In this document: in pieces, positions 21,113 through 30,660 of the stretch | How the letters are laid out: each line of letters opens with the position of its first letter | Position numbering within the stretch: the first letter of the stretch is position 1 | Assembly: GCA_963793305.1 (NCBI GenBank) | Contig: CAWBZV010000005.1 | Span: 32,001 to 96,000 of the forward strand | Origin: an uncultured Gemmatimonadales bacterium | Lineage (GTDB): Bacteria; Gemmatimonadota; Gemmatimonadetes; Gemmatimonadales; Gemmatimonadaceae | Reading direction: 5' to 3' | DNA length: 64,000 bases | Notes under the pieces: model-generated | Seen by the model: only the letters and a program-made list of their open reading frames with translations | Databases searched by the model: none | Told to the model about the DNA's origin: nothing | Program-made: the position numbers and the translations under genes

Positions 21113-21986
21113 GTCGCCAGACGACGACCGCTGCCCACAAGAGAACCGTGATGATGAGCGGCGGATCCGCCCACACCGCGTCTGTGGGCGACTCCCCCCG
21201 CCCGCCGGTCTCGACGATATACCAGTAGCGAAAGAGCCCGAACAGGACGAAGGGAATCGTCACGTTGAGCTTGGGCCGCACCGTCACGACGAACAATCCG
21301 TAGAACATGATCGCCGACAGCGCCGCCGTCTCGGCATACCGGTCGAGCAGCCGCAGCGTATAGAACTGCAGCACGGACCGCGACGCATCGCCAGTCGTCG
21401 CGAGCTCGTCTCGCCGCTTGATGGCGGCGAGATACAACGCCAGCGAGAGCGTCGTCACCATCATCCACGTCGACAACGGCACGTCGATGGCGACCGCGCC
21501 CCCGTAGACGCGCAGCACAAACCCCGCGGCCAGGCAGAAGATGTCGATGACGGGGATGTGTTTCAACTTGAGCGAATACGCCAGATTGAGCCCGATGTAC
21601 CCGACCGCGACTGCCGCCGTCGGCGGACTCCAGACGAAGGACGCGAGAACGATCGCGTACAGCACTCCCAGGAGCACCTTCGCGGCGCCGGGCTTGACCT
21701 CGCCGGACGCCAGCGGCCGCTTGCGCGACTTGACCGGATGCTGAGCATCGGCCTCCCGGTCCTTGAGGTCGTTGAAGACATAGGTGGCCGAGGACGCAAC
21801 GCAGAACAGCGCGAACGCAATGAATGCTTGCCCGACGGCGGCGGGCTTGACGAACTCTCCCGAGAAAATGAGCGGGGCGAGCACGAACCCGTTCTTGATC
21901 CATTGGCGAGGCCGAAGAAGCCTCACCAGTGGGAACACTGCAGGCCGGGCGACCTGACCCGCGCGGTCGCCGACTGCGTCCGCCAT
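21093..21986 (-). CDS. UbiA-family polyprenyl-phosphate phosphoribosyltransferase (DPPR synthase-like)
   Basis: LRPRQWIKN, YVFNDLKDREAD..HPVK..RPLASG, YSLKLKH, KRRDE, ESPT. Confidence 0.85.
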   Translation of the reverse strand: MADAVGDRAGQVARPAVFPLVRLLRPRQWIKNGFVLAPLIFSGEFVKPAAVGQAFIAFALFCVASSATYVFNDLKDREADAQHPVKSRKRPLASGEVKPGAAKVLLGVLYAIVLASFVWSPPTAAVAVGYIGLNLAYSLKLKHIPVIDIFCLAAGFVLRVYGGAVAIDVPLSTWMMVTTLSLALYLAAIKRRDELATTGDASRSVLQFYTLRLLDRYAETAALSAIMFYGLFVVTVRPKLNVTIPFVLFGLFRYWYIVETGGRGESPTDAVWADPPLIITVLLWAAVVVWRLKQGGA

Positions 21987-21991
21987 GAGCG

Positions 21992-22780
21992 CTACCAGCC
22001 GCCCCGTTTGAAGAGCATCACGGGGACGGTGCGCAGCATGATGCGCATGTCTTCGATGACACTCTGGCGCCGCAGATACTCGAGGTCGAGGTCGACCTTC
22101 TTGCGCACGTCCTCGATCGTGCTGTCGTACGCGAGATTGACCTGCGCCCACCCGGTGATGCCGGGCTTGGCGCGCTGGCGCAGCGAATAATCCCCGATAT
22201 CCTGGCGCAGCCGCGCGAAGATGGTCGGACGCTCGGGACGCGGGCCGACGATGTTCATGTCGCCCTTGACCACGTTGAACAGCTGCGGCAGCTCATCGAG
22301 CCGCGTTTTCCGCAAGAACCGTCCCACATACGTCACGCGCGGATCGTTCTTGGTGGCCCACACGGCGCCCGACTGCGTCTCGGCGTCGCACCGCATCGAG
22401 CGGAACTTGTAGATCGTGAACACCGACCCGCCGTGGTCGCTCGCGCGGCGGTCATAGAGCGCCAGCGCGCGGCGCGACCGGCGATCGATGCCGACACGAT
22501 CCTGCGTGTAGAGGACCGGGCCCGGCGAGGTCAGCCACACCGCGAGCGCCACGAGCAGGAACACCGGCAGCAGCAGCACGATGGCCAGCGACGCCAAGAC
22601 GATGTTGATCACGCGGTTGATCATTTCGGATCGCGTGCGTGGAACAACCGATACCGCGGTCGGCGTGATCAGCGTGCCCGGTGCGGGCGCGGTGATCGGC
22701 CTGAGGGATACACCTCCCGACGAACGATAAGGTCGGCGGTCGCCTGACGTGCGGGTCGCGGCCAGCGAGGGTAAGGTCAT
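21992..22780 (-). CDS. priming sugar-phosphate transferase (Bac_transf)
   Basis: [32 protein letters not shown]. Confidence 0.92.
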   Translation of the reverse strand: MTLPSLAATRTSGDRRPYRSSGGVSLRPITAPAPGTLITPTAVSVVPRTRSEMINRVINIVLASLAIVLLLPVFLLVALAVWLTSPGPVLYTQDRVGIDRRSRRALALYDRRASDHGGSVFTIYKFRSMRCDAETQSGAVWATKNDPRVTYVGRFLRKTRLDELPQLFNVVKGDMNIVGPRPERPTIFARLRQDIGDYSLRQRAKPGITGWAQVNLAYDSTIEDVRKKVDLDLEYLRRQSVIEDMRIMLRTVPVMLFKRGGW

Positions 22781-22788
22781 GGGAGTGT

Positions 22789-23565
22789 CTAGTGTCTCGT
22801 AACGAGGATGATTATCCCGACGACAGCAGTGAGGCCGCCGATCACGGGTAATACGATCGTCAGGAACGTGCTCGGTTTGGTCGAGCCAACTTCGATCTGA
22901 TCGCCCGCACGCAAACTCAACTGATCGAGCGTGGAGCCGTCTTTGATCGCTTCAGTGACTTCCTTCGATCCCAATACGGGTACGCCTGCGCGCGTCACGA
23001 CCGTATGCTGAATCTCGGACGTATTGCCGAGGCCACCGGCATGCATCACCGCATCGCCCAGCTGCATGTCGGCTGGCAGCGCATAAAAGCCCGGATGCGC
23101 AACACCACCAAGAACAGCGAGGCGGACCAACGACCCAGTCCGGACGACGGGATCACGAAGGAACTTGCTCACCGCGGCGTACACATGGCCCTGCAGCTCC
23201 GAGCGCAGGACGCCGTGCAGCTCGACGTTGGTGAGGGTAGAGAGGTGAACGATCTGTCCCTCGCGGACCGTGAACGTGTCAGTAAGGGCTTGTTGGCCTT
23301 GCACACTGATGAGAACGCGGTCACCGACCTGAAAATCTCCATTGGTCAGACGGTCGTTCAGCGTGGACACCGTCATCCGCGCCAGATCTTTATCCTTGTC
23401 CGATCCTGACTGCGTCTCCCGCTGCGCTACGGCGAGCTGGGATTCGAGCTCGGAGCGCGATGCCTCCGCATTCAGCGTTGGCGGCGGAGTCGTCTGACCC
23501 CCAACGGGAACGGAAACAGAAAGAGCGAAAACAAACGACAGAAGAATCACTGCACTCCTCATCAT
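22789..23565 (-). CDS. polysaccharide export protein (Poly_export/SLBB, Wza-like)
   Basis: signal peptide, VGDRVLISV, VLGGVAHPG, AGG, LRAGD, C-terminal hydrophobic helix. Confidence 0.78.
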   Translation of the reverse strand: MMRSAVILLSFVFALSVSVPVGGQTTPPPTLNAEASRSELESQLAVAQRETQSGSDKDKDLARMTVSTLNDRLTNGDFQVGDRVLISVQGQQALTDTFTVREGQIVHLSTLTNVELHGVLRSELQGHVYAAVSKFLRDPVVRTGSLVRLAVLGGVAHPGFYALPADMQLGDAVMHAGGLGNTSEIQHTVVTRAGVPVLGSKEVTEAIKDGSTLDQLSLRAGDQIEVGSTKPSTFLTIVLPVIGGLTAVVGIIILVTRH

Positions 23566-24015
23566 GCCCCACGTATACGCACCTGGCGTGCTCGCGTCGC
23601 CTGATACGCCGCGAGATCGTAAGTGCAAGTCCAAGTGTTGGTTGATTCTTATGGAACGGTGCGTACCGTCCAGTTCGTGCGCTTCGCTGTAGGACTGCGC
23701 CCACACATATTCGGCTCGGTCCCCACACTGTAAGCGCGACAGGAACTTACAAGGCCACCTCAACTACTTCGGGCCGGTACTAGCAACGTTTACAGAAACG
23801 GTGATGGCCCACACTGAATCTTTAGGCTTCAAGCGTGCCGCTGTTACATCGATCCTGTGGTGCCAGCGCGGCAGCGTCTCCCACACGGCTGAGTGCGCTA
23901 AAGCGTGTAAACGGTGACACGACAGGAGTTGCGAAATTCGACGCGGGCTGCACGGGACATGCATCCGCGCCGAGCACGACTCACTTCGCAATTTTTTCTA
24001 CCTTCGCAGACAGTT

Positions 24016-24985
24016 ATGGGCGCACCCGTCGCCACTCGACAACCCGATCTCATGCTTGAGACTGACCGGCCGGCGCGTCCGCCCCTGGTTCTGATCGCCA
24101 ACGACCAGGAATGGTCCGCTCGTTCGCTAGAGACGATCCTTGGCCCTCGTGGGTACGCGGTGCTCCGCGCATACAACGGGCGACAAACGTTGTCGATGGC
24201 TCGGAGCATCCAACCCGACGCCGTGATCCTCGACGTACGTCTGCCGGACGCTGACGGATTCGAGATCTGTCGCGCGCTCTACGCGGACAAACATCTCGTT
24301 CCCGGCACGCCGGTGCTCATGACGACCTCCGATCCCGTCAATCGCCAGCAGCAGCTGACGGCGTTCCGGGTCGGTGCTTGGGACTTCATGATGCAGCCGC
24401 TCGATGGCGACGTGCTGCTCCTCAAGCTCGACACGTATGTGCGCGCCAAGCGCGAGGCGGACTCGCTACGGCAGAGATGGCCTGCTCGATCCCGTGACTG
24501 GTGTCTACAACTCGCGCGGCCTCGTGCGCCGCGCGCGCGAGATCGGCGCCGAAGCGCTGCGTCAACGGCACGCGCTCGCCTGCATTGCGTTCGCGCCCGA
24601 GACCGTCTCCTCGGATGACGAGGGCGTCGGTCGTGTCGCCGAGCACCTCGGTGCGCTCATTGGCCGCACCGCGCGTATGTCCGATGCGATCGGCCGACTC
24701 GGCGCCTCCGAGTTCGCGATCGTGGCTCCGTCGACCGAATCCGCGGGCGCGGTGCGCCTCGCCGAGCGCATCCAGCAGGCCATCGCCGCGGCCCCGCTCG
24801 AAGAAACCGAGCGTCCGGCGCTCCACGTGCGCGCGGGGTACTGCGCGGTCGCCGATTTCGCCGCATCGCCCGTTGATGCGGTCGAGATGCTCGTGCGCGC
24901 GGCCTCCGCGCTGCGCCAAAGCCCGGCCGGCGGTCAGCCGGCGATGATACAGGCGTTCGACGAGGGCTCGACCCGGTTCTCCTGA
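24016..24985 (+). CDS. response regulator with degenerate GGDEF domain; +1 frameshift near 24475
   Basis: receiver (LIANDQ, ILDVRLP, GAWDF) continues as DPVTGVYN...RLGASEF in the next frame. Confidence 0.8.
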
Positions 24986-25887
24986 TCGAACAACGCTGTG
25001 GTGAGATATCGCGCGCCCGAGTCGGGGGCGATGCAAGCCACGCGTGCGTGTGGGCCCAACTCTTTCGCCACTTGCATGGCCGCCCACACGATGGCGCCCG
25101 AGGACATCCCCACAAAGACACCTTCGTCTCGTGCGAGGCGGCGCGCGACCGGGAACGCGTCCTCTTCCCATGCCTGGATGATGCGATCCACCACTGAGCG
25201 GTCGAAGTTCGCCGGCACGAACCCGGGGCCCATTCCCTGAAACTGGTGCGGTCCGCGCTGGCCGCCCGAGAGCACAGGCGAGCGCGCCGGCTCGACCGCG
25301 ATGATCTGAATCGACCGTCTCCTCTCCTTCAAGAATCGTCCAACCCCGCTGATGGTACCCCCAGTGCCGGACCCGTAGACAAAGGCGTCGATGCGCTGAT
25401 CCATCTGCTGCCAGATCTCGGGTCCTGTCGTCGTGTAGTGGATGCGGGGATTCGCGGGATTCGCGAACTGATTCGGCAGCCACGCGCCGGTGGCATTGCG
25501 GATGCGTTCAGCTTCTTCGATCGCCGCGAGCATCCGCCGCTCGGGGTCCGTGAGCACCAGTTCGGCGCCATAGGCCGTGAGTGTGCGCAGCCGCTCCTCG
25601 CTCATCGATGACGGAATCGTGAGTGTCAGATGATAGCCACGCGCGGACGCGACCTGCGCGAGCCCGATGCCGGTGTTGCCCGACGTCGGCTCGACGATAC
25701 GACCGCCCGGCAGCAGTTGGCCGCACTCCTCGGCGTCGAGAATCATGCCGAGCGCGGTGCGATCCTTGATCGATCCACCCGGGTTCATGCCCTCCATCTT
25801 GACCCAGACTTCGGCCATCCCGGGCTCGACGACTCGCTCGAGGCGGACGATCGGCGTCCGGCCGATCGAGCTATCAATTCGCGGCAT
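24934..25887 (-). CDS. cysK: cysteine synthase A
   Basis: IGRTP, NPGGSIKDR, EPTSGNTG, QFANPAN, GTGGT, QGMG, PDSGARY. Confidence 0.93.
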   Translation of the reverse strand: MPRIDSSIGRTPIVRLERVVEPGMAEVWVKMEGMNPGGSIKDRTALGMILDAEECGQLLPGGRIVEPTSGNTGIGLAQVASARGYHLTLTIPSSMSEERLRTLTAYGAELVLTDPERRMLAAIEEAERIRNATGAWLPNQFANPANPRIHYTTTGPEIWQQMDQRIDAFVYGSGTGGTISGVGRFLKERRRSIQIIAVEPARSPVLSGGQRGPHQFQGMGPGFVPANFDRSVVDRIIQAWEEDAFPVARRLARDEGVFVGMSSGAIVWAAMQVAKELGPHARVACIAPDSGARYLTTALFDQENRVEPSSNACIIAG

Positions 25888-25940
25888 ACTCGAAACGTAA
25901 CGTTGTTGGCAGGGATGAGTCCGAGGTTTACTGTAGAGGC

Positions 25941-27014
25941 GTGTCGGACACCCGCACCACACTCCCTGAACGCAACCTTGACGTGTTGCGCGCATTGGCT
26001 GTGTCCAGCGTGCTCGCGGACCACCTGTACATGTCGATATCGGGCGGGCGGTTCATGTGGCTCGCCTACTGGCTCGGACAGGCCGGTGTGCTGGCGTTCT
26101 TCGTTCACACCTCGCTCGTGTTGATGTCGTCTATCGAGCGATTGGGCGGCGCCAGGGGATGGGTCGGTCGGTTCTACGTTCGCCGTGCGTTCCGCATCTA
26201 TCCGCTCGCGATCGCCGCGATCCTGTTCGTGCTCGTCCTGCGCATCGGCTCCGAAGTCCCCGTGGCGCAGAAAACCCAACCATTCGTCGCGCCAGGCGCC
26301 ATCGGGGTACTCTCGAACCTGTTGCTCGTGCAAAATCTCACGGGTAGCTGGAACATCATTCGAGTCCTGTGGTCGCTGCCGATCGAAGTGCAGATGTACG
26401 TGGTGTTGCCGCTCTGCTATGTCGTCGCCCGGTATCGCCCCCGTCTCCTGCCACTGCTCTTCGCGCTCGGCATCGCCGGCGCGTATCTCCGCAGCGCTGA
26501 CATCGTGCGAGGGCTCTGGCGATTCGACACGCTGTTCTTCGTTCCGTGCTTTCTCTCGGGCGTCCTGGCCTACGCGATCCTGCGCCGCCAACGTCCGGGC
26601 CGGCGCCTGCCGAGCGCGGTCTGGCTGGTGTTGCTTCCGCTGCTCTTTGCCGGCTGCGCGATCCTGTTCGTGCCGCACGCCTCGTCGATCGTGTGGGACG
26701 ATCACAAGTGGATGCAGTGGGGGTACTGTCTCCTCATCGGCCTGATGGTGCCGGCAGTCGCCGAGCTGCGCGAGAGTCCGCTCACGCGCGCCGCGCATAC
26801 GGTCGCGAAGTACAGTTACGGCGTCTATCTCCTGCACACGCCGGTATTGTGGTTGACGTTCGCCTACTTCAAACCGGCAGCCGCGCTGATCGTGATTCTG
26901 CCGGTCGTGGCCTATCATGCCATAGAAGAGCCCTGCATCAAACTCGGCGCGCGCATCAGTGCCCGGCAGGCGATGACACGTAACGCCCCAGATGCGCGAC
27001 CAGCCCCATTGTAG
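25941..27014 (+). CDS. acyltransferase family 3
   Basis: LDVLRALA..H, FYVRRAFRIYP, WSLPIEVQMY, SYGVYLLH, IEEP. Confidence 0.9.
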   Translation: MSDTRTTLPERNLDVLRALAVSSVLADHLYMSISGGRFMWLAYWLGQAGVLAFFVHTSLVLMSSIERLGGARGWVGRFYVRRAFRIYPLAIAAILFVLVLRIGSEVPVAQKTQPFVAPGAIGVLSNLLLVQNLTGSWNIIRVLWSLPIEVQMYVVLPLCYVVARYRPRLLPLLFALGIAGAYLRSADIVRGLWRFDTLFFVPCFLSGVLAYAILRRQRPGRRLPSAVWLVLLPLLFAGCAILFVPHASSIVWDDHKWMQWGYCLLIGLMVPAVAELRESPLTRAAHTVAKYSYGVYLLHTPVLWLTFAYFKPAAALIVILPVVAYHAIEEPCIKLGARISARQAMTRNAPDARPAPL

Positions 27015-27858
27015 GGGTCATCTGCGAGTATCCGGCGACCAACTGCTCCGCGTAGTGGGGCAAGCTCAGGTCGAACGCTCCGTGGGGATTGGCGCTGACG
27101 ATCAGCACATCGGCGCTGTCCATGGTCAGCCGCCCGAATCGGAGACGCCCACCGCGAACGTGCACGAACCCGGGATGCGTTGAGTCTGCCGCCGTGGACG
27201 AATCCCCAACGAACCGCTCAACGAGCTGGTTCCCTTCGATATGGATGTCCACCAGTCGCCCATCGATCGCTGGTGGCGGGAGCGATGCCGTCGCCTCGAT
27301 CAGGATGTCGTCTTGGTCGATCGTGATCCCTTTCGCATGCTTGACGTCAATCATGTCGTTCATATGCAGCCCCAGCGTGTGCATCAGCTTCTGATCGGTC
27401 ATCTTGGTCGGATGGACGCGAATGCGCCCGTCAGGGGTGACGCTCACGTCGGCGCGCATCCGAAAATTGATATCCACGATTTTGTGAAGCGTGCCGGTCT
27501 GAAGGAGACTCCCGCTGTCGATCACTACCCGGAGGTTCTTGAGCGGAGACCCAGGATAGGCGAAGACCACACCATTCAGGAACGACGTCAGGTCGTCGCC
27601 GGTCATCGCCACCGTACCCGACGTTACGCGAATGCGATACGACCGCGGATCATCGAGCGTGGCCGGCGCGGACGGGCTCGTCCGAGTCATCTCGCCGCGG
27701 AGCGCGCGCGCGTGAAACAAGATCGCATCGCTCAAGTGGAGATCGACGTTGCGAATGTCGATCGTTTGTTGCGGAACCCCTTGCGCTGAGCAAGGTGTCG
27801 TCGTTAGGATAGCGATGACAATCGAAGCTCGTGGCGAGTTACGGCGTATTGCGGCCAC
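26956..27858 (-). CDS. hypothetical exported beta-rich protein
   Basis: long ORF with coding-like codon use, signal-like IVIAILTTTPCSAQ; start uncertain. Confidence 0.6.
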   Translation of the reverse strand: MAAIRRNSPRASIVIAILTTTPCSAQGVPQQTIDIRNVDLHLSDAILFHARALRGEMTRTSPSAPATLDDPRSYRIRVTSGTVAMTGDDLTSFLNGVVFAYPGSPLKNLRVVIDSGSLLQTGTLHKIVDINFRMRADVSVTPDGRIRVHPTKMTDQKLMHTLGLHMNDMIDVKHAKGITIDQDDILIEATASLPPPAIDGRLVDIHIEGNQLVERFVGDSSTAADSTHPGFVHVRGGRLRFGRLTMDSADVLIVSANPHGAFDLSLPHYAEQLVAGYSQMTPTMGLVAHLGRYVSSPAGH

Positions 27859-27870
27859 GTTAAACAACCT

Positions 27871-27905
27871 GCTAAAAAGCCCCCGCGTCCCGCGGCCTTT
27901 TTGGC
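27871..27905. other. terminator-like hairpin between divergent genes
   Basis: GCTAAAAAG...CCGCG-TCC-CGCGG...CTTTTTGGC inverted repeat. Confidence 0.45.
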
Positions 27906-27944
27906 TCCGGGACGTTTGTGTTGCCGGGGCGGGAGAACTGAAGG

Positions 27945-29207
27945 ATGACAGCATCAGTAACGTTTCCTTTCCCGGAAGTGGCGGCCGCATCGCTCGCTGC
28001 GCTTCCACAGGCGTGCGCACACTGCGGCGCGACGTTCGACCCGGCACCGATCGCGATCTGCGAGCACTGCTTGGGGCCACTCGAACCCGTGTACAACGCA
28101 CGGATCATTCCTGACCGTGCGATTATCGGCGCTCGCGAGCCATCGCTCTGGCGCTATCGCGAGTGGCTCCCGTTTACGGGTCAACCCACACGGTCGCTCG
28201 ACAGTGGCTGGACGCCGCTCGTGGAGGCCCCCGTGCTCGCTCGCGCGCTCAACGTCGAGCGGGCATGGATCAAGAACGACGCCGTCTCTCACCCGACGCT
28301 GTCCTTCAAAGACCGCGTGGTCGCCAGCGCGATCAACGCCGCTGCCGCGTTCGGCTTGGAGACGATCGGCTGTGCCTCCACGGGCAACCTCGCCAACGCG
28401 GTCGCGGCCCATGCGGCGCGAGCCGGCCTGACCGCTTGGATCTTCGTGCCCGAGGACCTGGAGGTTGGCAAGATCGTCGGCACGCTCGTCTATGGACCGC
28501 GATTGGTCCGTGTGAAAGGCACCTACGATGACGTCAATCGCCTCTGCGCTCAGGTCGCCGACAGGTTCGGTTGGGGCATCGTCAACGTGAACCTGCGCGG
28601 GTACTACGGCGAAGGGTCAAAGACCATGGCCTTCGAGATCATCGAGCAACTCGGTTGGCGCTCTCCGACCGCGGTCGTTGCGCCGATGGCCGGCGGGTCG
28701 CTCGTCACCAAGCTGCGCAAAGGCTTTCGCGAATTCTCAGCCGCCGGTCTCGTCAGCGGACCTGCCCCACGCCTCTACGGCGCCCAGGCGTCGGGTTGCG
28801 CGCCGATCGTCCGCTTGTTCGAATCAGGCGGCGAGACGCTCGTACCTGAAATCCCGAACACGATCGCGCGCTCGATCGCCATTGGAAACCCGGCCGACGG
28901 CCCTTCAGCCGTTCGCGCGATTCGCGAGACGGGGGGTTCGGCACGCGCAGTCAGCGACGACGCGATCGTGCGCGGCATTCGCGTGCTCGCCGAGACCACC
29001 GGCATTTTCACGGAGACCGCCGGCGGCGCCACCGTGGCCGCGGCGTTGGAGCTCGCCGAAGCTGGTCATTTCAAGCCCGACGACGAAGTCGTGCTGTGCA
29101 TCACCGGCAACGGACTCAAAACCATCGAAGCCATCCATGCCTCTCTACCCGCCGCGCCCGTCATCGCGCCCCGGCTGCGCGAGGTGACCGCCCTTGTCGA
29201 ACACTAG
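27945..29207 (+). CDS. thrC: threonine synthase-like PLP enzyme with N-terminal Zn ribbon
   Basis: CAHC/CEHC, PTLSFKDR, ASTGN, EGSKT, SIAIGNP, ITGNGLK. Confidence 0.85.
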   Translation: MTASVTFPFPEVAAASLAALPQACAHCGATFDPAPIAICEHCLGPLEPVYNARIIPDRAIIGAREPSLWRYREWLPFTGQPTRSLDSGWTPLVEAPVLARALNVERAWIKNDAVSHPTLSFKDRVVASAINAAAAFGLETIGCASTGNLANAVAAHAARAGLTAWIFVPEDLEVGKIVGTLVYGPRLVRVKGTYDDVNRLCAQVADRFGWGIVNVNLRGYYGEGSKTMAFEIIEQLGWRSPTAVVAPMAGGSLVTKLRKGFREFSAAGLVSGPAPRLYGAQASGCAPIVRLFESGGETLVPEIPNTIARSIAIGNPADGPSAVRAIRETGGSARAVSDDAIVRGIRVLAETTGIFTETAGGATVAAALELAEAGHFKPDDEVVLCITGNGLKTIEAIHASLPAAPVIAPRLREVTALVEH

Positions 29208-29220
29208 GAGAAAGCGACAC

Positions 29221-29496
29221 ATGCCTATCACAATCACCCTGCCCAACGTCCTCGCCAAGCTCGCGGACGGCCAGCGCACCATCACCGCCTACGGGACTAC
29301 GCTCGGCGGGGCAGTCGCCGACGCGTCGCGGCGATACCCCGCGCTCAAGCCCAGACTCACCGACGATGCGGGCAATCCGTATCCGTTTGTCACCTATTAT
29401 CTTAATGACGAGGATATTCGATTCTCTGGTGGCTTCGCCGCGGCGATTCGGGATGGAGATGAAGTGACCATCGTTCCGGCCGGGGCGGGAGGGTGA
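29221..29496 (+). CDS. MoaD/ThiS/CysO-like sulfur carrier
   Basis: 91 aa, NDEDIR, DGDEV, C-terminal AGG; RBS AGGAG. Confidence 0.9.
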   Translation: MPITITLPNVLAKLADGQRTITAYGTTLGGAVADASRRYPALKPRLTDDAGNPYPFVTYYLNDEDIRFSGGFAAAIRDGDEVTIVPAGAGG

Positions 29497-30647
29497 TCAT
29501 GACTGCGACATACACTGAATTGCCAGAGCTGACGCGCGAAGAGCTGGCCCGCTACAGCCGACACCTCATCCTCCCGGACGTGGGTGTCGAAGGACAGAAG
29601 CGCCTCAAAGCCGCGCGGGTGTTGCTCGTTGGCGCGGGCGGCCTCGGATCCCCTCTCGCGCTGTATCTGAGTGCGGCGGGAGTGGGCACACTCGGCATTG
29701 TCGACTTCGACAAGGTCGACGTCACGAATCTGCAGCGCCAAGTCGTCCACGGGACCGCCGACGTTGGCCGCTCGAAGATCGACTCCGCGGCCGAGCGCAT
29801 CTACGATATCAATCCGTACGTCAACGTCGAGCGCTTCGAGACGCGGCTCACGAGTGACAACGCACTCGAGATCATTCGCGAGTTCGATATCGTAGTCGAC
29901 GGCACCGATAACTTCCCCACGCGCTATCTCGTCAACGACGCCTGCGTGATCCTCGGCAAGCCGAACGTCTACGGCAGCATCTTCCGCTTCGAGGGCCAGG
30001 CGTCGGTCCTCGCAACGCCCGATGGTCCCTGCTACCGCTGCTTGTTCCGTGAGCCACCACCTCCGGGCTTGGTGCCGAGTTGCGCCGAGGGCGGTGTGCT
30101 CGGCGTGCTGCCGGGGCTCGTGGGCACGATTCAGGCAACTGAAGCGATCAAGCTCATCCTCGGCATCGGCGAGCCGCTGATCGGACGCCTACTGTTAGTC
30201 GATGCGCTCACGGCCCAGTTCCGCACGGTGAAAATACGCCGTGATCCCACGTGCCCCGCGTGCGGGACACACGAGATCCAGGAGCTGATTGACTATGATG
30301 CGTTTTGCGGAGGCGCCGAACCAGTGACCGTAAAAGAAATCACGCCGCGTGAGCTCGCCCAAAAGCTCGCGCGTGGCGACGACTTCGATCTGATCGATGT
30401 GCGCGAGCCGTTCGAGTGGGAGATCGCGCATATCGAAGGCGCACGGCTCGTGCCCCTGAGCACGTTCCCGGGTGCAATCAAAGAGCTCGACGCATCGCGC
30501 GAGATCGTCGTGCAGTGCAAGGTCGGTGGTCGCAGCGCCCGCGCGGCGGACGCTCTCGTTGCGGCGGGGTTCCGCGACGTCACCAACCTGGCGGGCGGGA
30601 TCACGCGCTGGAGCGACGACGTTGACCCGACAATCCCGAAATACTAG
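29493..30647 (+). CDS. moeB: MoeB/MoeZ adenylyltransferase with rhodanese domain
   Basis: RYSRH, GAGGLG, NLQRQ, DGTDNF, CYRC, CAEGG, CPAC; rhodanese DVRE...CKVGGRS. Confidence 0.93.
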   Translation: MIMTATYTELPELTREELARYSRHLILPDVGVEGQKRLKAARVLLVGAGGLGSPLALYLSAAGVGTLGIVDFDKVDVTNLQRQVVHGTADVGRSKIDSAAERIYDINPYVNVERFETRLTSDNALEIIREFDIVVDGTDNFPTRYLVNDACVILGKPNVYGSIFRFEGQASVLATPDGPCYRCLFREPPPPGLVPSCAEGGVLGVLPGLVGTIQATEAIKLILGIGEPLIGRLLLVDALTAQFRTVKIRRDPTCPACGTHEIQELIDYDAFCGGAEPVTVKEITPRELAQKLARGDDFDLIDVREPFEWEIAHIEGARLVPLSTFPGAIKELDASREIVVQCKVGGRSARAADALVAAGFRDVTNLAGGITRWSDDVDPTIPKY

Positions 30648-30660
30648 AACAGCCCCTTGA

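Noticed and set aside
27860..27950. SAM-I/IV riboswitch upstream of the thrC-like gene
   Set aside because: The CCGGCAAC-like element is on the wrong strand and the core consensus is missing
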